Part shown: one piece after another, positions 36,001 through 44,678 of the stretch
Layout: every line of letters starts with the position of its first letter
Numbering within the stretch: position 1 is the first letter of the stretch
Assembly (NCBI GenBank): GCA_000004985.1
Contig: GG738900.1
DNA from: Naegleria gruberi
Lineage: Eukaryota
Length of the DNA stretch: 64,000 nucleotides
Strand: one strand, 5' to 3'
The notes under the pieces: model-generated
What the model was told of the DNA's origin: nothing
What the model saw: the letters and a program-made list of their open reading frames with translations, nothing else
Database searches by the model: none
Translations under genes and position numbers: made by a program

Positions 36001-39000
36001 AAAAACTTCAATTTGAGATTAAACTTAAGAAGCAATTGGAAGATGAAAGAAAGAAGATGGAAGACAGAATTCATGAAAAGTTCCAAATGGCAGCTGAAGA
36101 AACAGAAACTCATTACAATGATATCATTAGAAATTTGAAAAATAGACTTGATGAAGAAAAGTCTATTATTGATTCAATGGGTAAGAGAGAAAAGGAACTT
36201 CAGAGAATGTATGAAGAAAAATTGCTTGATACCCAAAGACAAACAGAGTTTGCTAAAATGCAATATGAGGAAGAGTCCAAGATGAGATATACACATCTTC
36301 TTCAAGAATATACTCTCAAGGTAAGACAAGAGTTACTTGAGAAGGAAAAGAAGGAAAGAGAGGAAAGACAGAAAGAAATGGAAGAGTTGAACGCCAAGTT
36401 GGTTAGAATGGAAGAAGACAAGAGACTCTTCGAACAAGATGCTAGAGAAAGAGCTCTAGAACTTGTGAAAAAGGTTGAGGAAGATGCCAGAAGAGAAAAG
36501 CAGAAATTGGAAACATACTATAATGACCTTATTAGAAAGCTTCATGAAGAAAAGACCCTGTACAAGCAAGAAGTTGATGAACATTTGAGAATCAAGGAAA
36601 AGGAATTAAGAGCAAGCGTTGACACACTTAGAGTAAAGCTAGAACATGCAACAGATGCTAGAATCTTGGAAGTGAACGAAATTCTTGAAAAAGAACGAAA
36701 CAGATTCATGAAAGAAATGAATGACAGAGCATTGAGAGAAAAGGAGGACAGAATTGTATTTGAAAAGCATCTTCGTGAGGAGATGGAAAATGAATTCCAA
36801 CAAAGAGCCTCAATTGTTGCAGCAAATATTAAACTACAAACAGAAGAAATTGAAAGAAGAATGTATGAAACTGAAAATAATGAAAGAAATAGAATTAGAA
36901 TATTTGAAGAAAGAAGAAAAGCTTATGAGGAAGAAATTCGTGCCAAATACAATATGATTATGAGTCAAGTTGAAGAAGAACAAGAAAAGAATCTTCAAAC
37001 TGTAAAGAAAGAAATTGAAGAAGAAAGAGACCTACTCACTAAGAGACAGAATGAACTTCAAAAGCAGTTCGACTTGGTCACTATTTCTTATGAAAAGACT
37101 ATCAGAGAAAAGTATGATTCTTTGAGACAAGAACAAGATCAAAGATATAAAGATATGCTCAAACAAAAGGATTTCCAATACCAAACCGAAATTGAAGATA
37201 TGAAGAAATCAAGATCTAAGGAGGTAGAATCAATTGAAAGAGACAAGCTTGAATTTGAATCTCGATTGAGAGAAAAGTATAACCTGTTAGAAAGAGAATT
37301 GGAAGGAAAGTATATTGCCCTTCTTTCTGAAGCAGAAAATAGATACAAGAAGGATAAGCAAAAGTTAGAAACTGAAATAGACAAACTCAGAAATGAATTG
37401 CAAATTATGGATTCTCAAAGACTTGAGTATGAGCAACAAACTAGAAGAAGATATGAGGAAATTTTGGAAAAAGAAAGAAATGAAATCCTTAAAGATAAAT
37501 CTCAAATGGAAAAACAATTTAAGAAGGAAATCGATTCTAATATTGAATTATTCAACGAGAGACAAAGAATACTCGAAAAGAGCAAGTTGGATTATGAAGA
37601 GTCTGTTAGAAATAAGTACATGAGAATTTCTGAAGAAAAAGAGAATCAATTAAAGGCCGATCACGAAAGCCAAAAGATGGCGGATCAAAAGAAGTGGGCT
37701 GAAAGACAGGATGAATGGCTTCAAAAGGAGAGAGAATTCGAAACCAAGATTATTCAATATGAAGATCAAATCAAGAATAAGTATGAAGTTATTATCATGG
37801 ATAATCTCAACAAGACGCAAGCTGAAATGAGAAAGCTTAGATCTCAATTAGATGAAGAAAAGAATGCACTTCTCCAACAATTAACAGAAAAAGAAAGAGA
37901 TTTGAATGCTAAATATCAAAGATTTGAAAGAGATTGCAAATCTAACTTTGAAAAAGAAAAGAGAGAATTGATTGCTCACCATGACTCTGTTATTGAAGAA
38001 CTGAAGAAGGCTCTTGAGCAAGATAGAGCAACTTTGCAAAAGGCAGCCCAAGAAAACAGCTTGGAAATGGAAAGAAGATTGATTTCTCACGAAGAAAATA
38101 TTAGAAAACAATACGAAGATAGATATGTAGAGTTGGATGGAGTTCTTCGCAAAGCCATTGAAGATAGAGAACTACAACTACAAAACGAATGGAATAACAG
38201 ATTTGTTAAGGAACAAGAGAGAATGAATACTAATGATCTAGCAAGAATTGAGTTTGAAGATAGAACAAGAGACTACTTCTTCCAATTATTCAATAACAAG
38301 CAAGCTGCTATGGAGCTCCAAATTAATGAAGAAAAAATGAAATTAGAAAAGGAAAGAGAACAAATGAATATTGCTCTTTCAGACAGAATTCAAGAAATTA
38401 GACAAGAAAAGATTGCCTATGAAGCTGAAATTAGAGAGAAATATAATTCTCTCATCCAAAAGGTCCAAGAGGAAATTAATGTCATGTTAAAGGAAAGAGT
38501 TGAGACCGAAAAATCTGAATGGGTAGCCAGAGAGCAAACCTTCATTGAAAGAGAAACTGAATTACACAGGGAAAGAATCAAATCCGAAGAAGATACTAGA
38601 CAAAAACTTGATCAACTTTTGGATTTGGAAAAGAAAAAGTGTAATGAAATCATTGAAACCCTCCAACAAAAGATTAATGAGGAAAGACATTTGGAAAAGG
38701 TTGAGCTTTCAGAAAAGGAAAGAAAATTGGAGGAATACAAGATTGATTATGAACATGTTGTCAGAGAAAAGTACAACATTATCTTGGAAGATGCTCAAAA
38801 GCACTACAAGACAATGATTGAAGAAGCCACTGATAATTTCAATTCTGAACATGACAAACTCATCAAGGAATTCATTAAAAGAAAAGAAGAACAAGATGGT
38901 GAATTACTTGTCTTACAAAATCAATATAGAAAGGAAATCGAAGATCAGCTTATCAAGTTCCAAGAAATACACACCCAAACAATCAAGATGAAGGAAGAAC

Positions 39001-40988
39001 AATTCCATCTTGAACTTGAGGCTGTATCAGAGTCAATCAGAGAAAAGACTTTGGCAAATGACCTTGCTAGAATTGAATATGAAGAGTATGCCAAGAAGAA
39101 GTTTGAAGAAAATATCAAAGAAGAGCTCCAAAGAATTAAACTCATGGAAGAAAATATTAAGGACCGTATGAGAAAGGATTTGGAAGAAAGAGAAAGAAAA
39201 CGCATTGAAGATAGAAAATCCTTTGATGTTGAAAAGGATATCCTTGAACAAAAGATTAGATCCAAATATGAAAAGATTGCAGAAGAACAAGAAAGAGTTC
39301 ATGTTGCCCGTATAGAACAAATACAGGCTATGGTAGATCAAGAAAGAGATAATCTCGAAAGAAGAGACATTGAAAGAAAACAATTAGCTAGAGAACAAGC
39401 TGCCGAGTCTGAAGAAAAAATGAGAAAGTCTTTTGATGAAAAATTCAAACAACTAGTGGAAGAATATGAAAACAAGATTAGACAAAAGGATAGAGAAATG
39501 GTAGCTGAAAAGGATAAATTCAGTGAAGATATGAGAAAGAGAGAAGCTGAAATTACTCAAATCACAGCCGATTTAGATGAGCAAATATCTCAAAAATACA
39601 AGAAGATTCTTGACCAATCAGAAGAAGCAATTAGAAGAGAATTTGAAGTTAATGAAATGCACTTTAAGGCCGATCTCAATAAGAGGTTCGAAGATCAAAT
39701 TAGAGAACTTGAAATTGCTTCACGTATTGAACAACAAAAATACGAAGAAGATATCCAACTTAGATATGAAAGTAGAGTTAAATCTGTTGACGAAAAGTGG
39801 AGAAGTGAATTAGACATTCTCAAGAAGTTCCATGATGAAGAGATTACCAAGCTTCATGACGAAAGTAGACAACAAAGACTATTAGAACAAGAAAATAGAA
39901 CTCAATACGAGCTTGCAGTAAGAGATCAATACTTCACTAAGCAAAAGGAATTGGAGAATGAACATATCGAAATTATTCAAAGCATTAGAAAAGAAGAGGA
40001 AGAAAATAGATCCAAACTAAATGGTCTTTTAGAAGAAGAAATTCAAAGAGTCAAAGACTCTGTTTATCAAGAGAAGCTTGAAATTGAAAAGAGTTATGAC
40101 AAGAAGCTTGACGCTGTCAAAAAGTGTTTTGATGTTGATATTGCTGAAATTAAAAAGCAATTCCAAGAAAAATCCACTGTCATGGATCTTGCAAAGCTAG
40201 ATTTTGAACAAAAAACCAAAGCTAAATATGAAAAGATTCTGGCCGAAGTTCAATCCTCTTTAGAAAAGAAGTTGGATGACAGAAATAAGGAAATTGAAGA
40301 AGCTAGAAAGCAAATGCAACAAGAGAGAATGAATTATGAACTCCTAGTTAGAGAGAAGTATAATGAAACTCTGAAAGAAAAAGAAAAGCAAATGGAAGAA
40401 ATCCTTAAAGAAAGAGAAATGCTTCTCCTTGATGATGATCAAAGAAGAAATCTTGCCTCCTTAGAAAAGGAAAGAAGATTAGAACAAATGAGAATTGAAA
40501 AGGAAGAAGAAATGAGAGCCAGATTTGAAAAACAAACAGAAGAAATTAGAGAATACAGTAAAGCACAAATAGAAGAAACAATCAAACAACTTGAACTCGA
40601 AAGAAATAAGAAGGAAGAAACTGAAAAAGAAATTATGAAACTCCAACAACAAATTGCTAGTATGCAACATAGTATGGATATGTGGAAATTAGAATATCAC
40701 AAGACCACAACATTGAAATTCAAGAAATTAATGAGCGAAGTTGAGCTCAAAGCCAAACGTGAAATGGAAGAATTTGCCAGACAACAATTAGAAGAAGAAG
40801 AGAGAAGATTAACTCAAGAATTGAGAAAGAAAGATGAAGAATTGAGAAAACATAAACAAATGGAAGAAGAATTGCAGCTCAAGACCATGGAACAGCAACA
40901 ACCAAAGAGAACTCAACCTGGTGAATTTTCTGATAGTACCAGTGAAAAGAACTTCCCAATCAAAAAGGGACTCAGAAACTTTAAATAA
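33069..40988 (+). CDS. giant 2639-aa, extremely E/K/R-rich repetitive coiled-coil / single-alpha-helix-type protein; single 7.9-kb exon
   Basis: Uninterrupted ORF from a true ATG at 33069. The K/S/T/P-rich N-terminus is followed by ~2400 aa that are almost entirely E, K, R, L, Q, I and D. Degenerate motifs recur at roughly 55/110-aa spacing: (I/V)REKYN, AKYE, RNKYM, LARIEFE/LARIEYE, LEKERN. All antisense ORFs in this span are low-complexity artefacts. Confidence 0.7.
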   Translation: MYDVNKDDNNKRKASPTRDALMQQRLEHYKKYKNLSSDVDRADDQGSFIDDENFLPVTPSPKKRIDTVKGRETPRETTKETPKPSITPTPSSSKKAHPNIPVRESFPSPSMKSLKQTYDNSKLKQDEEMQSLLDKLREEGEQRHLQLITLKENEKAEFEQRIMKKAEDIITKHKEQSQRAQEEVYRKAEELMKKYKEMASFAGKEVEKLKEEMANQKLLYERDFLEKQEAARKVAEEEYQLKVRQYQLQIEDLQKKNYLQRVEMSKNIDERAELLRKRAEDAEAKLLEEMARFQEKEVEFRSEIDSLNKSLPLLAQQKADDLMRDYNLNIKKKDFVLRQEQDNLLKEREKELKNEYEQLKKELEEAKLENEEKKNLEFKRLRDKMDNEKKVFEETVNARFEKMKSQLEAEVESKKDELRLKEMMLRDELDKARLDLSHKVISEKKDFENDIFMKTKSMIMEFEKQLEKKGEVQSDDQKKQLANISRDALDKLRVEKEERTLFEKQAMEKAMNVIKEFEEKMKKESDRITQEKLRDVEEQARRDRERTEEEAKKRREFEEDIKSKYEIFKEEYKRNLDRELLEKKREIDLEFAKKEEEFEKEMHEQRNNIKLQEKDLLRKVEGIKHEKLQESINHIEQLRGDLYSQWERISKEEGKRVLEEKDKNQREIEDMRRRYEEKLNLIRMTTNREIDEVRKSHQELETKLKFDYEERVQKLNDEKRFLEKEMQTKIIDKRKELEEQFERKLEEAKKTLESSLERRDSDVKLKKEEIEYEKLSFERKIREDYDTRIREISTQFEKRQKEYQENEIELRRKLEQEKIELQKLMEDEKMKYQERVRIENEKILREKEKLFKEEKEKIIAQTEERVQSIRKETQDSLFNNDSKRGEYENSIRDNYSKMFREKEQYYLTQVESLKQTLKTQREEYENKLNETELSLRKERDEVDRQMTEKYNRLVEQMNGDSKRETHKRMQQEIEFESEKLQFEIKLKKQLEDERKKMEDRIHEKFQMAAEETETHYNDIIRNLKNRLDEEKSIIDSMGKREKELQRMYEEKLLDTQRQTEFAKMQYEEESKMRYTHLLQEYTLKVRQELLEKEKKEREERQKEMEELNAKLVRMEEDKRLFEQDARERALELVKKVEEDARREKQKLETYYNDLIRKLHEEKTLYKQEVDEHLRIKEKELRASVDTLRVKLEHATDARILEVNEILEKERNRFMKEMNDRALREKEDRIVFEKHLREEMENEFQQRASIVAANIKLQTEEIERRMYETENNERNRIRIFEERRKAYEEEIRAKYNMIMSQVEEEQEKNLQTVKKEIEEERDLLTKRQNELQKQFDLVTISYEKTIREKYDSLRQEQDQRYKDMLKQKDFQYQTEIEDMKKSRSKEVESIERDKLEFESRLREKYNLLERELEGKYIALLSEAENRYKKDKQKLETEIDKLRNELQIMDSQRLEYEQQTRRRYEEILEKERNEILKDKSQMEKQFKKEIDSNIELFNERQRILEKSKLDYEESVRNKYMRISEEKENQLKADHESQKMADQKKWAERQDEWLQKEREFETKIIQYEDQIKNKYEVIIMDNLNKTQAEMRKLRSQLDEEKNALLQQLTEKERDLNAKYQRFERDCKSNFEKEKRELIAHHDSVIEELKKALEQDRATLQKAAQENSLEMERRLISHEENIRKQYEDRYVELDGVLRKAIEDRELQLQNEWNNRFVKEQERMNTNDLARIEFEDRTRDYFFQLFNNKQAAMELQINEEKMKLEKEREQMNIALSDRIQEIRQEKIAYEAEIREKYNSLIQKVQEEINVMLKERVETEKSEWVAREQTFIERETELHRERIKSEEDTRQKLDQLLDLEKKKCNEIIETLQQKINEERHLEKVELSEKERKLEEYKIDYEHVVREKYNIILEDAQKHYKTMIEEATDNFNSEHDKLIKEFIKRKEEQDGELLVLQNQYRKEIEDQLIKFQEIHTQTIKMKEEQFHLELEAVSESIREKTLANDLARIEYEEYAKKKFEENIKEELQRIKLMEENIKDRMRKDLEERERKRIEDRKSFDVEKDILEQKIRSKYEKIAEEQERVHVARIEQIQAMVDQERDNLERRDIERKQLAREQAAESEEKMRKSFDEKFKQLVEEYENKIRQKDREMVAEKDKFSEDMRKREAEITQITADLDEQISQKYKKILDQSEEAIRREFEVNEMHFKADLNKRFEDQIRELEIASRIEQQKYEEDIQLRYESRVKSVDEKWRSELDILKKFHDEEITKLHDESRQQRLLEQENRTQYELAVRDQYFTKQKELENEHIEIIQSIRKEEEENRSKLNGLLEEEIQRVKDSVYQEKLEIEKSYDKKLDAVKKCFDVDIAEIKKQFQEKSTVMDLAKLDFEQKTKAKYEKILAEVQSSLEKKLDDRNKEIEEARKQMQQERMNYELLVREKYNETLKEKEKQMEEILKEREMLLLDDDQRRNLASLEKERRLEQMRIEKEEEMRARFEKQTEEIREYSKAQIEETIKQLELERNKKEETEKEIMKLQQQIASMQHSMDMWKLEYHKTTTLKFKKLMSEVELKAKREMEEFARQQLEEEERRLTQELRKKDEELRKHKQMEEELQLKTMEQQQPKRTQPGEFSDSTSEKNFPIKKGLRNFK

Positions 40989-41072
40989 CTTGTAAAATAT
41001 GTAAATTGTGTGAATAAATGAATAGATAATTCTTAACACAATTCTTCACGCCAATTTTACATTTTAAAAAAA

Positions 41073-43046
41073 ATGCCAAAAGAGAGACCTCCGACAATCG
41101 ACACCTCTCGACCTTCAACATCAGAGGCCACAAAGAATGATCAATCATCACCTACAAATAACACTACAAGGAGAAAATTAAAGAGGTCTAAAGTTGTTGC
41201 AACTCCAACAAGCTCGAGCGAAGAAACTCCACAATTCCCATCATCGGAAGCAATAACAAATGAACAAGTAAATACAACAAAACAACAAGATGAACCAACA
41301 ACAAAAGAACCAATAACTCCTGTAACACCTTCCGAGCAAAAAACAACAAGAAAAAGGAAATTCCATAAAAAAGAAGTTGAAACACCCACAACACCACAAA
41401 CTACGGAAGTTAAACAACCCATAATCTCACCATCAGAAGCTAAGGAACAACCTAAGCCAGTAGTACAGGAAGAAACAAAACCTCCTCCAAGCAGTAAAAT
41501 AGATAATCCAGTAGTGGATAATACTCCAACATCAACACTAACACCACCAGTCCAACAAGTTCCAAAATCTACAAGGAGAACATCAAAAAAGCCCAAGGAA
41601 ATCAAGAAAGTGACAACACCAGTTGTAGAACAGCCGAAAGCGATAAAAGAAACAAAGGGGACTAATCCTAAGCAAGAAACAAATAATAGTAATGCTAGTG
41701 ACAAACAGCCAGAATTAATTACAAGAATTTTGAAACGTCACGAAAATAGCAAGTTACAAAATGTGGAAAAACCTGTGCCAAAAAGTGTACCAAAAGAGGA
41801 AAGTGATGAGGAAGTAATGAATGTGGATAGCTTGGAATTAGATGATGAAATGAGTGATGAGGAAGAAGTAAAACCAACAAGAAACCTGAGGAGGAATTCG
41901 GAAAAACAAGCCAAAAAACCAATTTCTGAACCGATTAAAAAAGAGGCACCCAAAAAGCCAATCAGTGTACCATTAAGCGAGGAAAAATCAAAACCTTTAC
42001 CAACCGAGGATAAGAAACGAAAAGTTTCAGAGACCATTCCAAAGGAAAAAGAAGTGTTGGAAAAAAAGGAATCCAAACCTGAAACTGTTACTGTTGCTGA
42101 TGAACCTGCCAAAACTGTTGAACCAGAAACAAAAAAGCCAAAGCTCACCGAAACCACTCCAACAAACTCCTCCTCTAGACCTAGTGAAACAGTTGCACCA
42201 AAAAAACAACCAGAAACTCAACCATTAATGGAAAAAGAAATTCAAAAAGTTGAGCCACCTCAAAAACCTAAGGAAGAACCTTCTTCAGCAAAAGTTTCTT
42301 CAACTGTAACAAAGGAGAAAGATCACTCAGTTACTCAGCCGAGTAGTACAACTATTACAACCAACAACTCAAACTCGTCTGGAAAGGAAATTTCTAAAAT
42401 TCCAAAGAAGAGAATTGAATCATCTCAACCATCCCAATCTGGTCAAACTAATAATTTGCCTCAACCACAACAAACCCATCCAGAACCTTCAAATCAATCC
42501 CACAATAACCATTCACAACCTCATAGCCAAAGTAACAATTCCCACCAAGCACAATCAGATCATTATCACAATAGAGAAAATAGAGAAAACAGAGATCACA
42601 GAGATAATAGAGAAAATAGAGATCATAGACACGAAAATGATTACTTTAGATTCAGATATCGAGATCCAGAGCAAGAAAGATATAGAAGGGAGTCAAGCCT
42701 TAAACTTCCACGCTTGAAAATCCAATACGAAGATACTTTCTATGAAGCTGCAAAGGATTTAATAGTAGAACAATATGGTTCCAACAAACCAAAACAGACT
42801 TCTATCAATCCAATTGTACCACATCCAACTTTACCACCAAAAGAACAATTAGTATACGAAATTGTTTATGCCAAGGTAGCTCTGGTGGTTAAATTGAAAG
42901 AAGAAGAAAAGCGAACGATTAGTCAAAAACTAGTTCAAAAAATTGCTCCACAAGAGACAATGGAAACTCTCAAACATGAATCCAGCAAAGGGAAAATTGA
43001 AAATTATGTTGACAAGTATTTGAGGGAGAAGAAGCTAATTCAATAA
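41073..43046 (+). CDS. hypothetical low-complexity basic protein (T/P/K/E-rich) with RE/RD (RENRENRDHRDNRENRDHR) tract and conserved-looking C-terminal ~100 aa, 657 aa
   Basis: True ATG at 41073. Most of the sequence is disordered-type. The only globular-looking segment is the C-terminal …LPRLKIQYEDTFYEAAKDLIVEQYG…LVYEIVYAKVALVVKLKEEEKRTISQKLVQKIA. Confidence 0.5.
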   Translation: MPKERPPTIDTSRPSTSEATKNDQSSPTNNTTRRKLKRSKVVATPTSSSEETPQFPSSEAITNEQVNTTKQQDEPTTKEPITPVTPSEQKTTRKRKFHKKEVETPTTPQTTEVKQPIISPSEAKEQPKPVVQEETKPPPSSKIDNPVVDNTPTSTLTPPVQQVPKSTRRTSKKPKEIKKVTTPVVEQPKAIKETKGTNPKQETNNSNASDKQPELITRILKRHENSKLQNVEKPVPKSVPKEESDEEVMNVDSLELDDEMSDEEEVKPTRNLRRNSEKQAKKPISEPIKKEAPKKPISVPLSEEKSKPLPTEDKKRKVSETIPKEKEVLEKKESKPETVTVADEPAKTVEPETKKPKLTETTPTNSSSRPSETVAPKKQPETQPLMEKEIQKVEPPQKPKEEPSSAKVSSTVTKEKDHSVTQPSSTTITTNNSNSSGKEISKIPKKRIESSQPSQSGQTNNLPQPQQTHPEPSNQSHNNHSQPHSQSNNSHQAQSDHYHNRENRENRDHRDNRENRDHRHENDYFRFRYRDPEQERYRRESSLKLPRLKIQYEDTFYEAAKDLIVEQYGSNKPKQTSINPIVPHPTLPPKEQLVYEIVYAKVALVVKLKEEEKRTISQKLVQKIAPQETMETLKHESSKGKIENYVDKYLREKKLIQ

Positions 43047-43134
43047 ATTTTGGTATTTATAAATTTCATCGTAAAATCAACTTGATAAATCAAGAAGAAA
43101 ATTATTCATCCTAGAATTACTACAATTTAATCGT

Positions 43135-43352
43135 TTAGATTCCGTAAACGTCCTTTGAACGACCTTGTCTTTGTTTGTGTCTTTGATTTTCCTCGCAGAT
43201 AACGTAGACCTTCTTCTTTCCTCTCTTAACAATTTGGCATTGTTTGCACATTTTCTGTTTTTCCGAATAATGATTAAAATTAATTATTGAATAAACATGA
43301 TGACAATTCCTCCTTTCAAATAACACACCTTCAAAGATGAAACAACTCTCAT
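43135..43352 (-). CDS. MRPL36: mitochondrial ribosomal protein bL36m (L36); 2 exons (43329-43352, 43135-43254), 74-nt intron
   Basis: The spliced product MRVVSSLK|KMCKQCQIVKRGKKKVYVICEENQRHKQRQGRSKDVYGI matches the bL36 consensus (MKVRSSVKK-C--C--V-RKG-VYVIC-NP-HKQRQG). Exon 1 ends AAG|GTGTGT and the acceptor is AAAACAG|AAAATG. Confidence 0.7.
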
Positions 43353-43447
43353 TTTTTTCTAATTGCAAAATTTATTTATTTTAAAAATCAATCAAAATAA
43401 TTTTTTTATTGTTTTTTCCTCATGTAAAATTCTTTGCCAATAAAACC

Positions 43448-44502
43448 TTAGTAACTCACGTATTGCATACCATCGAAAAGCATATGGAAGGCAACATCCT
43501 TGTATTGTTCGTCGACAAATTTGTAGTCGTCTAATTGATGTCTGGTAACCCAAGCATGGTCAGAGTATTCAGCCAATTGCTTGAAAGGTGGAACACCTCC
43601 GATATAAATAACACGATAGAAGAAAGTCTTTTCAAGTGGGTTTGATGGATTCACATAGTGAGCTGTTGGTGAATAGCTGATAAAGTGACCATTTACACGA
43701 TTACGCATTTGTTTACCGAAAAATTCTTGAGCAGCTGATCTCATTGTGTGTGGATTAGTTCTAACAGTTTCTGGGAATTTCCACAAACCAGTTTCCTTAT
43801 CTTTGAAAATAAGATAGAGTCTATTTTCTAATTGTCTATTAATTGATTTTCTATTATCATTGAAATCATCCTTTGTCCATCTTCGTTGAGGTTTCCAATT
43901 CTTTATCCAATAGTCAGTACCTTCAGTCATATATCCTTTACCTTGTGTTCTTTCATATTCAAGTTTTTGTTTATCAGTCATTTCAGCTGGGTCTGGTACT
44001 TTAATGTGAACATCTGGACCCTCCTTCTTAGCGTTCTTTTGACCCTGTTTTTGTTATTATTATGATGAATTATGTATTATGGAAAAATACTAACCTCTTG
44101 CTTCTTCTTTAATTTCATCCATTCTTCGTGATATTCGGTATAATCGAGCCATTTATGTCTGGCATAATAATTGTTATTGTGTTTTTGAAGCTCGTTCATT
44201 TCCTTCTCAATAGGGTGCATATCATTACCCAAACGAGGTAACCTCTCCAAACAAAAAGCTACTTTCAAAGTTTCTGGACCATTATAAATCACTTCCTTTG
44301 GAATATCTTTTTCAGGGATCGGTGTCTTGTATCCACTCTTATCAACTTCTTCCTTGGTAACCCAGAGTAAATATCTCTTTTGTGTTGTACAACAAGGTGA
44401 AAATACTGAAGCCGATGAAGGAGAAATGTTTTTGCTCAAAGCATTCTTGCCGGATTGAAGAAGAACAGCTTTGGCGGTGTTTGTGATACGTTGCTTTTGC
44501 AT
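43448..44502 (-). CDS. probable mitochondrial ribosomal protein mL46 (NUDIX-fold, MRPL46-like); 2 exons (44095-44502, 43448-44044), 50-nt intron
   Basis: ATG at 44502. Exon 1 ends …KKKQE|GTTAGT. Exon 2 (AACAG|GGTCAAAAG) continues in frame. …RLPRLGNDMHPIEKE…, …LYLIFKDKETGLWKFPE… and a NUDIX-like core resemble mL46. I make the family assignment from memory of MRPL46; it is unverified. Confidence 0.55.
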
Positions 44503-44678
44503 TTTTTTAATGTATTTTATTTTTTATTTTTTATTTTTCATTAATTCTTTTGGGGCAAGGTTTAAGCATACTGAGCACAGGTTTGAGGGAAATTCAATTA
44601 ATATTATTAATCCTATCATCAACTCTTTATAACATCACATTATGTTCACAATTTTATGGTGCCTCTTATTCTCTTCTT

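Noticed and set aside
34043-40670. About 20 antisense and off-frame ORFs of 60-116 aa inside the giant coiled-coil gene (e.g. 34043-34228, 34379-34939, 38945-39383, 40479-40670).
   Set aside because: They are translations of the reverse complement of GAA/AAG/AGA-rich coding sequence. Their products are pure F/L/S low complexity and they sit wholly inside a strongly supported 7.9-kb sense ORF.
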